Assembly (NCBI RefSeq): GCF_006345805.1 | Contig: NC_043008.1 | Coordinates: 49,352,001 to 49,416,000 of the forward strand | DNA: 64,000 nt | Origin: Octopus sinensis | Lineage: Eukaryota | Direction: 5' to 3' | Shown: positions 1 through 10,735 of the stretch, in pieces | Numbering within the stretch: the stretch's first letter is position 1 | How the letters are laid out: each line of letters opens with the position of its first letter | Translations under genes and position numbers: made by a program | The notes under the pieces: generated by a model | The model's input: the letters and a program-made list of their open reading frames with translations, nothing else | What the model was told of the DNA's origin: nothing | The model's database searches: none

Positions 1-389
1 GGAATTTGTCATGCACCTAGCACATTAACTTCAACTATATATGTTTACATGTGTGTGTGTGTATTAAACAAATATGTATATATATATACATACATATATA
101 TATATATATATGTATATACGCGTGCATATTATACATGTGTTTGTGTGTGTATATATATTAGACATGTATGTATATATATATATATATATGTATGCACACA
201 TATGTGCGTTTGTGTGTGTATATATTAGACATGTATGTATGTGTATAATATATATATATATTTATATGTAATGTATGTATACATATGTATGCATGCATAT
301 TATGTGTGTGCTTGTGTGTGTGTGTGTATATTATTAGGCATACATGTGTATGTGTATATATGTATGCATGCATATGTACATATACACAT

Positions 390-431
<42 letters not shown>

Positions 432-480
432 TGTGTGTGCGTGTGTGTGTGTGTGTGCGCGCGCGTGTATGTATACATAA
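1..480. repeat. Compound (TA)n/(TG)n microsatellite
   Basis: Direct inspection; explains the YI/CV/HT-rich ORFs. Confidence 0.95.
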
Positions 481-984
481 TCCTGTTATAAGTTACTTTC
501 TTGTCTAGTGAACTTCTGAAATGGATCTGTGGAGAAATCTTTAGACTTTCTCTTTTTTTTTTTTATCCTGTTTTAAAAGAAAAGGAAGAAAAGGAAGAGA
601 GTTGCTTACTGGCAAAAGGAAATCTCTTTTGTTTCTTGTTTCTTTCTTTTTTTTTCTTTACTTTTTTTTCTCCCGCTCGTCCCCCCCCACTACTTTCCCA
701 ACACACACACACACACCACACACACACTCTCTCTCTCTCTCACTCTCGCTTTTTCTCTTGTTCACTCACACTTGTGTAAGATAATTCCTCACATAATTTT
801 TTCATCAGTTTCTCCTTACTAGGTCACATAATCCTTTTAAACACCACATGTGCTAGATTATAGACGCTGTTGTTTTAAACCCGACCACAAAAAAAAACCA
901 CAAAAAACCCCAGCTTTTAATAAAATACAAAACAACACAAAAATAACCAATAAACAAACAAAAAAAAGCAGAGAATTCAAAGGG

Positions 985-1182
985 AGACAACTTACCACAC
1001 ACACACACACACACACACACTGACAGACAGACACACACACTGACAGACAGACACACACACAGACAGAGACATACACACACACACACACTGACAGACACAT
1101 ACACACACAGACAGACATAGACATACACACACACACACACACACACTGACAGACACAGACATACATACATACGCACACACAC
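985..1182. repeat. (CA)n/(GACA)n compound microsatellite
   Basis: Direct inspection. Confidence 0.95.
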
Positions 1183-1424
1183 CAGCTATTTTCCCCATGG
1201 CTTCCACTGTACTTGAACCCTAAACCCTGTAATTATCAGTTAACCACGCAGCTGAACTGCTTTATCTGGCACCTTATTTCCTTTGGCATTATTCTTAGAC
1301 GCTCGTTACATGGCCAAATTAAAATGCTGACTGTAATTGTTTTATTTATTTATTTATTTGTTTTTGCAGTGAACTTTTTTAAAAATTCTTTTTCTGTAGC
1401 AACTTAAAGCTTTAAGAAATTGTT

Positions 1425-1585
1425 ATTTTACTGGTTTCATTGGACTGTGGCCATGCTGGGGCAAAGCCTCGAAGGGTCTTAGTTGATCAAATCTCACCCC
1501 ACCCAGCCTCTACATATTTTAGGGCTGGTACTTATTCCATTGATTCGTTTTTGTTGAACTGCTAAGTTACAGGGACATAAATCAA
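1425..1585 (-). mobile_element. SINE family A, 3' half, degraded
   Basis: Matches the reverse complement of the 3' part of the full copy at 12199-12600 (gactgtggccatgctgg, gctaagttacagggac). Confidence 0.7.
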
Positions 1586-2020
1586 TATTGTTTTTTACTC
1601 TAGGTACAAGGCCTGAAATTTTTGTGGAGGGGGCCAGTCGATTAGGTTGCCCTCAGTATGCAGCTGGTACTTAATTTATTAACCCCGAAAGGATGAAAGG
1701 CAAAGTCGACCTTGGCGGAATTTGAGCTCAGAACGTAAAGACAGACGAAATACCGCTAAGCATTTCGCCCGGCATGCTAATGCTTCTTATTTATTATTTC
1801 TTTATTGCCCACAAGGGGCTAAACATAGAAGGGACAAACAAAGACAGTCAAAAGGATTAAGTTGATTATATCGACTCCAGTGCGTAACTGGTACTTGATT
1901 TATTGACCCCGAAAGGATGAAGGCAAAGTTGACCTCAGCGGAATTTGAACTCAGAATGTAGTGGTAGATGAAATACCGCCAAGCATTTTGCCTGGCATGC
2001 AAACGTTTCTGCCAGGTCAC
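1585..2020 (-). mobile_element. Two tandem copies of tRNA-derived SINE family B
   Basis: Core cccgaaaggatgaaaggcaaagtcgacc..gaatttgaactcagaa occurs twice; B-box GAGTTCAAATTCC on minus; two different 3' tails. Confidence 0.9.
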
Positions 2021-2289
2021 CACCGTATAAACAAACCAATATTGATTCTCAAGTTGTAGTGAGAGGAAAACGCAAATACTAACATGTATGCGCACACACA
2101 TCTGCACCCACAAAACAAATTCCCTTATAAGGCTTTGGTTGGCTCAGGGCCCCAGTGCTATATAATGTAGAAGACATATATTCAGAGTGTTGGGTACTGG
2201 ACCCAAACCATGTGGTTGTGAAGTGAGAGGTTCTTAACCATGTATATGCCTACCTTTCGAGTGTAGGGCTTCTCTGAGGCAAAGACTGA

Positions 2290-2705
2290 GTCCATTTGGC
2301 ATTATGTCGTGGTTGAGAAGAAGACCCAACCAACTAACCAAGTAAAATTGCAGTTATGGCAGATACCAGTGTCACACAAATGGCATGTAAAAGCACCTTT
2401 CATGCGTTGGGCCTCACGGAGATCTTTGGCCATTATGTTGTGCTTGAGAACATGACCTAACCAGCCAAGTAAAATTGCAGTTGTGGCAGATGCCGATGTC
2501 ATGCAAATGGAACCTGTGTTGGTGGCATGTAAAAGCACATATTGCACTCTCGGAGTGGTTGGTGTTAGGAAGGACATCCTGCTGTAGAAACCATGTTAAA
2601 ACAGACTGGAGTCTGGTGCAGCCTTCCAGCTTGCCAGCCCTGGTCAAACCATCCAACTCATGCCAGCATGGACAATGGACGCTAAATGATGATGATGATG
2701 ACAAT
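2290..2705 (+). mobile_element. Interspersed family C (LINE-3'-like, (ATG)n tail) with internal ~130 bp duplication
   Basis: gtggttggtgttaggaagg(g/a)catcc(a/t)gctgtagaaacc core and ccatgccagcatgga..aaatgatgatgat end are shared with more than 15 copies in the window. Confidence 0.8.
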
Positions 2706-2879
2706 GATGATGAATTAAATTTTGTTTTAAAGTATTTGTTTCAAATTTTGGCACATGGTCAGCAATTCCAGGGGAGGGGGTAAGTTGATTAAATCAAATC
2801 CAGTGCATAACTGGTACTTATATTGTTGACTCTAAAAGTCGACCTCAGCTGAATTTGAACCACTTCCCCCTGCCAAGTC

Positions 2880-3110
2880 TAATGGTGGTGGTGGGAGGGG
2901 TAGCTTTGCCTTGCAAGTTACTTGGTGACCCCTCTGGTGCTGGTGTCATCAAAGAAAAGCACCCTAAACACTTTGCAAAGTGGATGGCATTAGGAAGGGC
3001 ATCCAGCTGTAGAAACCATGTCAAAGCAGGCACTGGAGCTTGGCTTAGTCCTTTGGTTTGCCAGCTCCTGTCAAAACAGTCCAACCCATTCCGGCATGGA
3101 AAATGGTGGT
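2880..3110 (+). mobile_element. Family C copy
   Basis: Same core motif ggcattaggaagggcatccagctgtagaaacc. Confidence 0.75.
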
Positions 3111-3829
3111 GATTTAATTTCAAACCTATGTAAATGGTTGAGTATCTCCTGATCATTCTGTAGAAGGAAGGGGCTTGGTCCATACCATGAAGGCTCAGTA
3201 CTTGACCGGTATTTTTTTTTTTTATTTACCCTCGAGGGATAAAAGTGAATGTTTACCTTGGTGGGATTTGAACTCAGAAATCAAAGAGACAGCCACTACT
3301 GCAAAGCATTTTTCCCCAATGCTTTTATGATTCTGCCAGCTTGGCAGATTTATTATTGGTGAGTAAAATGTAGATTGTCTGACATTAGCGATTCTCTCAA
3401 GTCTATTGATTATGGTGATGAGGTGAAATGACTATGGCTGAGCTGCAAATGCTGCTTGCTGAATAAGGGGATGATGTTTTCTGTTCTATAATACTCAACA
3501 GTGGCTTATAATAGCATTTAGAAACATAATTACTGTATTTGATGGCATAAAAGACACACAGACATATGAGGTGCATTCCAATTTCAGCAGAGCGTATTCA
3601 GGAAAAAAAAAGAAAGAAAATTTAACGCATTAAAGCATGTAACGTTTAAAGCATCTTTGCTTATAGGATGCAGGGTGGTATTTTGGAGACATTTTTTTGG
3701 TAAAGAAAAAAAAAGGTATTTTATGTACCATCAAATATGGTAATCTTATTCCAAATGCTGTATATTATCAATTCTCTGTGTGGTAATGAAATCTTTTTTG
3801 TGGGGTCTTTAAAATCAAAGAGAGTTCAC

Positions 3830-3900
3830 CTGTTAAGTCACCTTATGTCTAATCAGTTATGTACTCCTTTTGACTCACCTGTCAAAGAAAGTAAAGTTTC
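3830..3900 (-). other. Candidate recursive splice site (polypyrimidine-CAG|GTGAGT) with short RS-exon
   Basis: Minus strand ctttactttctttgacag|gtgagtca, junction 3879/3878; downstream alternative donors at 3842 and 3830. Confidence 0.45.
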
Positions 3901-4090
3901 TATATTTAAGGAGTGGGACATTTGGTGTTGTGCAGGTGAAGCAGATATCATGGAATGGTTATTTAGCCATAGATTCTTGTACTTGGCATCAACTTTTGAC
4001 GATTATTCTCCTGTATAGCAGGCAAGGTAAGGAGGCCAGTGATTGGATCTTATCATTGATTTTTTTTTTTTTATAACATAAAGCTGATAT

Positions 4091-4121
<31 letters not shown>

Positions 4122-4539
4122 ATCCTCCCCTTCCATCCTTTACTCTCGCATATCTCTCTCTCTCCCCCTCTCCCCCTCTCAATACCAGTCTGTAGCAAGT
4201 TTTTCCAGTCTACATAACCAGATTACATTCCACTTTCAGCCCTGCAGCCAGTGAAATACATCCTGTCTGCTACAATGGTGACTTGTCCTGTCCCCAAAGC
4301 ATTAATGTACGGTTAAATAAACTGGTCTGGCTCCCGATTCACTCATAGTTAAGCGTCTTTCCAGGAGCACAAACCAACCTGGTTTGAGAGTTTGCAACTT
4401 GCTAAACCCTTCAGTTGCTTGAGCAACATGCTTACAAATCAGCTAGACCCCCCCCCCCGCCATCCATCCATCCATCCATCCATCCACCCATCCACATACA
4501 CTTCTACATGTCTGTTTGTCTCTGTGTGTGTGTATGTGC

Positions 4540-4554
<15 letters not shown>

Positions 4555-4572
<18 letters not shown>

Positions 4573-4765
4573 TGTGTGTGTGTGTGTATATATATATGTA
4601 CGATGGGCTTCTTTCAGTTTCTATCTCCCAAATGCACTGACGAGGCTTTGATCTGCCCAAGGCTATAGTTGAAGGCACTTGCCCAAGGTGCCATGCAGTG
4701 GGACTGAACCTGGAACCATGTGGTTGGAAAGCAAGCTACTTACTACACGGCCACGCCTGTGCCTA
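4555..4765 (-). mobile_element. SINE family A, 5' half
   Basis: cacttgcccaaggtgccatgcagtgggactgaacctggaaccatgtggttgg. Confidence 0.85.
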
Positions 4766-4778
4766 ATATATAATGTAT

Positions 4779-4811
<33 letters not shown>

Positions 4812-5034
4812 GGCACGTAAAAAGCACCATCCGATCGTGGCCGTTTGCCAGCCTCGCCTGGCACGTAGAAACCACCCACTACACTCACGGAGTGGTTGGC
4901 ATTAGGAAGGGCATCAAGCTATAGAAACATTGCCAGATCAGACTGAGCCTGGTGCAGCCTTCTGGCCTCCCAGACCCCAGTTGAACCGTCCAACCCATGC
5001 TAGCATGGAAAGCGGACGCTAAACGATGATGATG

Positions 5035-5037
<3 letters not shown>
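4812..5037 (+). mobile_element. Family C copy followed by (TA)n
   Basis: Core motif and gatgatgat tail. Confidence 0.85.
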
Positions 5038-5093
<56 letters not shown>

Positions 5094-5754
5094 AAGCATT
5101 CTTGTACTTGTTGCATGCATCTTGGCCACTGAATTATTTCTCTTGGTTCAGGTTCTGTTCAAATTGTGCAAATACTGAGATCGTAAATGTGTTCTCCTTT
5201 TTTTAGTGTAAGTGATTTGGGTACTGGAGAGACAATGAGACAGTTGCCTTGCAGATGACCCCTGTTGAGGCAGAAAAACTGTTCACAAATGTCCTCAGTA
5301 TGTAAACGTTGGAGAATTCATGAAACTTGAGATTATCTCCCATTGTCAACAGGAGCTGCTCCAAATTGCCATTTGGCAATTATAATCCATCCTGAACAGG
5401 GGAGATAATTCTAATGCATGAAGAAGTTGTATGGTATTTGATAGACCTGTGTTTGTGTTGTTCACATACATGCTGCCAGCCACCCTGCGTTATTTCTATA
5501 AGCGCATTTTAGCATTTGTGTGTGTGTGTGATCATATGTTTAATGCCTGTTGTCCATACTGGCATCACCTGGACAGTTTGACCTGAGCCAGCAAGCTGGA
5601 CAACACACACACACACACACACACCATAAATGATTTGAAGTGACAGTAACCAACCAACAGAAAATATAGGCTAACAATGTGGAATTGTTTAGCAGTCCAA
5701 TCATGTGCTACAATTTTATGAAGGGCGGGGGGGGGGGGGTTGGAGACTTTCACT

Positions 5755-6000
5755 GAAAGAGAGACAGACATTCAGTGAGAGGGAGAGAGAGAGAGAGAGA
5801 GAGTGGGAGAGCAAGAGAGACATTCAGTAAAAGAAAGAGAAAGAGAGAAACACATATAGTAAAAGAGAGAGTGAGGCACTCAGTAAAAGAGAGAGTGAGG
5901 CACTCAGTAAAAGAGAGACAGACAGAGACATTCAGTAAAAGAGAGAGAGAGAGAGAGAGAGACCTGCAGGAAAAGAGAGCTGTGTGTGTGTGAGAGAGAT
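5755..6000. repeat. (GA)n with embedded 24-bp units (cagtaaaagagagagtgaggcact)
   Basis: Direct inspection. Confidence 0.85.
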
Positions 6001-6329
6001 TGAGAGAGTATTTAGCTGTAATTTTAGATTCCATTGACACTGTTATTTATTCATAAGGAGTGTTGTTTCTGTCAGAGAATAAAACACCTGTTGTTTGCTT
6101 TTAAATAAAGGGGGGGGGGAATGAAAATACAAAGCTAGGAAAAAATTCTGTCTTTACTGGAGTTATTCAAGGTGTGTCTGAGTAAATATTCTAATCTTTA
6201 ATAAAGTGTCTCAATGAACATTGCACTGTTTTGCAACTGTAATCATTGTTTGAAAGCTGGGCTTTATTTTGTTTGTTTTTCATCAATATAAAATGGATTC
6301 TGTTTAATACAACAACAACAACAAATAAT

Positions 6330-6371
<42 letters not shown>

Positions 6372-6554
6372 TGTGTGTGAGAGAAAGTTCTTTTTTTTTT
6401 AAAAAATGTGTCTTTTCCCTGTTTTCCATTGGAAAGAATAGACCTATCATTCGCCAGCTGTCATCATCATCATCATCATTTTATATCTGCTTTTCATGCA
6501 AGGTCATCATGGTTAGTAAGCACATATTGTGTGTGTGTGTGTGGTACTTACTAC

Positions 6555-6933
6555 CCATAAGGTGGACGAAATGCTCAGCGGTATTTCGTCTGCCACTACG
6601 TTCTGAGTTCAAATTCAGCTGAGGTCGACTTTGTTTTTCATCCTTTCGGGGTCGATTAAATAAGTACCAGTTACGCTCTGGGGTCGATATAATTGACTTA
6701 ATCCGTTTGTCTGTCCTTGTTTGTCACTTCTGTGTTTAGCCCCTTGTGGGCAATAAAGAAATAGGTATTTCGTCTGCCACTACGTTCTGAGTTCAAATTC
6801 CGCCGAGGTCGACTTTGCCTTTCATCCTTTCGGGGTCGATTAAATAAGTACCAGTTACGCACTGGGGTCGATATAATCGACTTAATCCGTTTGTTCCTTC
6901 TGTGTTTAGCCCCTTGTGGGTAGTAAAGAAATA
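6555..6933 (+). mobile_element. SINE B tandem dimer with 12-bp TSD
   Basis: TSD ggtacttactac at 6543-6554 and 6934-6945; second unit restarts at ggtatttcgtc (6764). Confidence 0.92.
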
Positions 6934-7149
6934 GGTACTTACTACTCACTAAATGAGCTGGGAAACCTCATCTTGCTTGTGTTTCGTTTATCTTTTGTTT
7001 GGCTTTTATGACAAGATGCCCGTCCTAACACCAATGTCATTAATATTACCCCAATATCAATGCTTGGGAGAGGAAGCTGTGTACAGCTTCCCTGAGGAGC
7101 AGTCAACAGAGCATGAAACAGTCTGTCTAGAGACTCCCACTTACTAGGG

Positions 7150-7310
7150 GACGGGTGTGGCTCTGCAGGTTAAAAAGCTTTCTTCCCAACCACATGTTTT
7201 CAGGTTCAGTTTCATTGCGTGGTACCTTGGGTAAGTGTCTTCTATGATAGCTTCAAGCTGACCAAAGACTTGTGAGTGGAACTGGTAGACAGAAACTGAA
7301 AGAAACCTGT
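7150..7310 (+). mobile_element. SINE A, 5' half
   Basis: tRNA-like head, cttcccaaccacatg..ggttcagt. Confidence 0.8.
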
Positions 7311-7544
7311 TTTATTGATGTGCGTGCTCTTGTCTTGATGTCACATGATGGCTGTAAACGAGTATCACTGTTATACAAGTAATGTTGTTCATTTCCAATC
7401 TTCCACAAAGACATGTCTGGCCTTGGGGAAAATATTATCTTGCTTGGCAAGAGTTGGTGACCGGAAAAGCATCCAGCTGTAGAAAAATCTATCTCAATAA
7501 ACTCTGTCCAACCCATGCAAGCATGGCAAAATGGGCTTTTAGAT

Positions 7545-7730
7545 CCTCCTCCTCCTCCTCTTCTTCTTCTTCTTCTTCTTCTTCTTCTTCTTCTTCTTCC
7601 ACTACCACATCCTCCCCCTCCTCCTCTTCCTCCACCACCATCACATCCTCTTCCTCCGCCTCCTCCTCTTCCCCCCACCCACTCTTCTTCCTCCTCTTCC
7701 TCTTCCTCCCCCCTCCTCCGCTGCTACTGC
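7545..7730. repeat. (CTC)/(CTT)n homopyrimidine tract
   Basis: Direct inspection; source of the poly-E/S/G ORFs. Confidence 0.95.
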
Positions 7731-7919
7731 CATCATTAATACACCTCATTTAAGAATGTCGGGCATTCTTCAGCTGATCATTGAATATTTTCGTCTACTT
7801 AAGCGAATGATTAATTTATATTAACGAAGTGTCTCATTGAAATAATGTTTATGAATTTGGTTATTTAGGTAATGGAATCACCGCCACCACCACCACCATG
7901 TTCATTATTTTACTTCCCA

Positions 7920-8100
7920 AAGCCATCTGTCTTGTTTGCTCTGGTTGATTCTGCAGCAGCCTGTTGTCAGAGGTCCCACAGGGTCTCTTTCTGCACATAA
8001 TAAGCTTTGATAATTGGTTGTTAATTACCGTAGAAGACATTCAACATCCAAGCACCAGTCTCAAAACCCTAGCTGTCCCCAGCAAAGCAGTCTTTTGGGG
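7920..8100 (-). mobile_element. R4/Dong-like non-LTR retrotransposon C-terminal relic
   Basis: Minus 8097-8041 translates QKTALLGTARVLRLVLGC*, resembling the QKxxLLGTAxILRxVL terminus of RLE-type (R4-clade) elements. Confidence 0.6.
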
Positions 8101-8237
8101 GCTAGCTCTGCTCTCATCATCGTCATCATCATTATTATTATTATTTTAAAATTCTTTGTCAATGTAAACTGTTTCTGATTAGTTCTACGTTGGTTCAAGT
8201 ATCTTCACAAACAAACAAATTGATATTATTTTTCCAG

Positions 8238-8368
8238 ATGTCTTCCCAACTCTAACCCAAATTCCACTCGGCTGTTGTTTGCGATTACAAGAAATGATGG
8301 AATATTTTTATAGATGGTTTCCAAATCATTGTCGAGTAGAAGAGGCAGCGATAAGATCAATCGCTTAG
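8238..8368 (+). other. Possible terminal coding exon (unverified)
   Basis: Acceptor tattatttttccag; open to stop as VFPTLTQIPLGCCLRLQEMMEYFYRWFPNHCRVEEAAIRSIA*; no homolog recognised. Confidence 0.2.
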
Positions 8369-8417
8369 GGTTTAATGCATTGCACGTTTATTGTGAAGAC
8401 ATACTTAGGTCTACACG

Positions 8418-8993
8418 GACACACACACAACAGTATAGCATGCACACACGTATACACACACACATACACAACACACAACAGTATAGCATACACACACGTA
8501 TACACACACACACATACACACACACATAGCATTATAGCACGCACACACACACACACACACAGAGCAGTATAGCATGCACACACACACACACATACAACAG
8601 TATAGCATGCACACATGTATACACACACATACACACACACACACATAGCATTATAGCATGCACACACATACACACACACATACACAGCAGTACAGCACGC
8701 ACACACACACACACAAACACAGAGCAGTACAGCATGCACACACACACATACAACAGTATAGCATGCACACATGTACACACTCACACACAGAGCAGTACAA
8801 CACAAATGTACACATACATACACACAGTAGTACAATACACACACTCATACACGTATGACACACACCCATCACACGCATACAACACACACACTCACCACAC
8901 ACACAACCACACACACCGATCACACACACCAAACACAACACACCCATCACACGCACATACAACTCACACACCACACAACACAACACATAGATG

Positions 8994-9024
<31 letters not shown>

Positions 9025-9030
9025 ACACGA
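8418..9030. repeat. Cryptic minisatellite (core CAGTATAGCATGCAC) embedded in (CA)n
   Basis: About 11 core copies in three variant classes. Confidence 0.9.
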
Positions 9031-9275
9031 ACACGTGACCAACAATTTTGAAAGGAGGGAGATAGTTTATACGATTGGTTCCTGCATTTGTTTGATTCCG
9101 AAAAGGTTGAAAGGCAAAGTTGAAACATAGGCATAAGTTTTGCAATTTTAAAAGGATTAGTTTGATTTGTCAATGCCATTGACCTCAGTTCATAACTGGT
9201 ACTGTATTTTACTGATCATGAAAAGATCGGAAAGCATTTCAAACTGAATTTTTGGTGGATTGTGTATAAAGTTGG

Positions 9276-9915
9276 TTAAACCTTTAGCATTTGAGCCAGC
9301 CATATACACCCTAAATATTCTTTTCTACTCTTGGCGCAAGGCCTGAAATTTTGGGGAGAGGGAGCCCAGTCAATTAGATCAACCTAGTATGCAACTGGTA
9401 CTTAATTTATTGACCTCAAAAAGATGAAAGGCAAAGTCGACCTCAGCAGAATTTGAACTCGGAACATAAAGACAGACGAAATACCGTTAAGCATTTCGCC
9501 CGGGTGTTCTAGCATTTCTGCCAGCTAGCTATCTTATATATTCTTTTCTACTCTAGACACAAGGTCTGAAATTTTGGGGGAGGGGGCCAGTTGATTAGAT
9601 CGACCTCAGTATGCAACTGGTACTTAATTTATCGACCCTGAAAGGATGAAACCTTGGTGGAATTTGAACTCAGAACACAAAGACAGATGAAATACCACTA
9701 AGCGTTTCGCCCGGTGTGCTAACGATTCTGCCAGCTCCACCCCAAATATTCTACCTGTTTTGTAGTCAAACTGGTCAAATCCAGACAATGTCATTCAAAA
9801 AATAAGCAATCACGTCATCAAAATCTCAAAGCTATGAGATAATACATGATTAATTCAAAACAAAGCGAATGAATAAGATTTAGATTTAAGAGTAATCTTA
9901 ATTCTAAAGGATTAA
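9276..9915. mobile_element. piggyBac-like TTAA MITE interrupted by SINE B copies
   Basis: ttaaacctttagcatt..attctaaaggattaa ends; internal sequence homologous to 30786-31015 and 60175-60344. Confidence 0.7.
9322..9740 (-). mobile_element. Two tandem SINE B copies (GAGTAGAAAAG tail)
   Basis: Two B cores; approximate TSD caccc(t/c)aaatattct on both sides. Confidence 0.88.
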
Positions 9916-10224
9916 ACAGGATTATAGTGTGCGATCTATCATAAAGGTCTACCATAACCTTGACCCTTAGAATTAGATGAGATCAACCCTGGAAGTGAAT
10001 AAAACATTTACTCAGTGTTTGTTTTGTTTGTATTGAGTGAATTTTATTTATTCAAGGGTACCACACAGAAAATAAGTACCACATTCAACCCTGTATTAGA
10101 TGGCTAAGGCAGAGCTTATTGTCTTACCATTTCTGTACTATAATGATGAGCACATGTCTTTATGGATACATCAAGTTTTCTTTTGATGTGCGTGTGTGTG
10201 TTCGTGTATGTGTCTTTTACCTTT

Positions 10225-10420
10225 TTACTCTTTTACTTGTTTCAGTCATTTGACTGTGGCCATGCTGGAGCACCGCCTTTAGTCGAGCACTTATTCTATC
10301 AGTCTCTTTTGCCGAACCGCTAAGTTACAGGGACGTAAACAAACCACCATCGGTTGTCAAACGATGTTGGTCGGGGGACAAACAGATACACAAACATATA
10401 CACACACATACATATATATA
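10225..10420 (-). mobile_element. SINE A, 3' half
   Basis: tttcagtcatttgactgtggccatgctggagcaccgcc. Confidence 0.85.
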
Positions 10421-10421
10421 T

Positions 10422-10439
<18 letters not shown>

Positions 10440-10456
<17 letters not shown>

Positions 10457-10735
10457 TTAATGTCTGCTTTTCATGCTAGCATGGGTTGGACGGTTTGACA
10501 GGAGCCAGCCAGGTAGAAGACTAAGCCAGGCTACTGTTTTCTTTTTTTGGCATGGTCTTTAGGGCTGGATGCCTGTCCAAACTCCAACCACTCAGCAGAG
10601 TGGACTGAGTGCTTTTTACGTGGCACCAGCACAGGTGAGGTTAGTTTTGGCATAGTTTTTTACAGCTGGAAGCCCTTCCAAATGCCTGCCACTTTACAAT
10701 GTGGACTGGATGCTTTTTACATGGCGCCATATATA
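10440..10735 (-). mobile_element. Family C copy with (CAT)n
   Basis: tttcatgctagcatgggttggacgg..gctggatgcc. Confidence 0.8.

Noticed and set aside
3911-3935. Plus-strand 25-nt segment encoding GSGTFGVVQ (kinase glycine-loop-like)
   Set aside because: Poor acceptor, weak donor (gtgaag), no other kinase subdomain anywhere in the window
5192-5213. Acceptor-T-donor (ttttttag T gtaagt), an apparent 1-nt exon on plus
   Set aside because: Single-nucleotide exons are exceptional, strand conflicts with the stronger minus-strand evidence, and chance is likely
5255-5297. MTPVEAEKLFTNVL resembling a RhoGEF DH-domain helix between splice-like sites
   Set aside because: Only 14 residues of weak similarity and no further DH exons found
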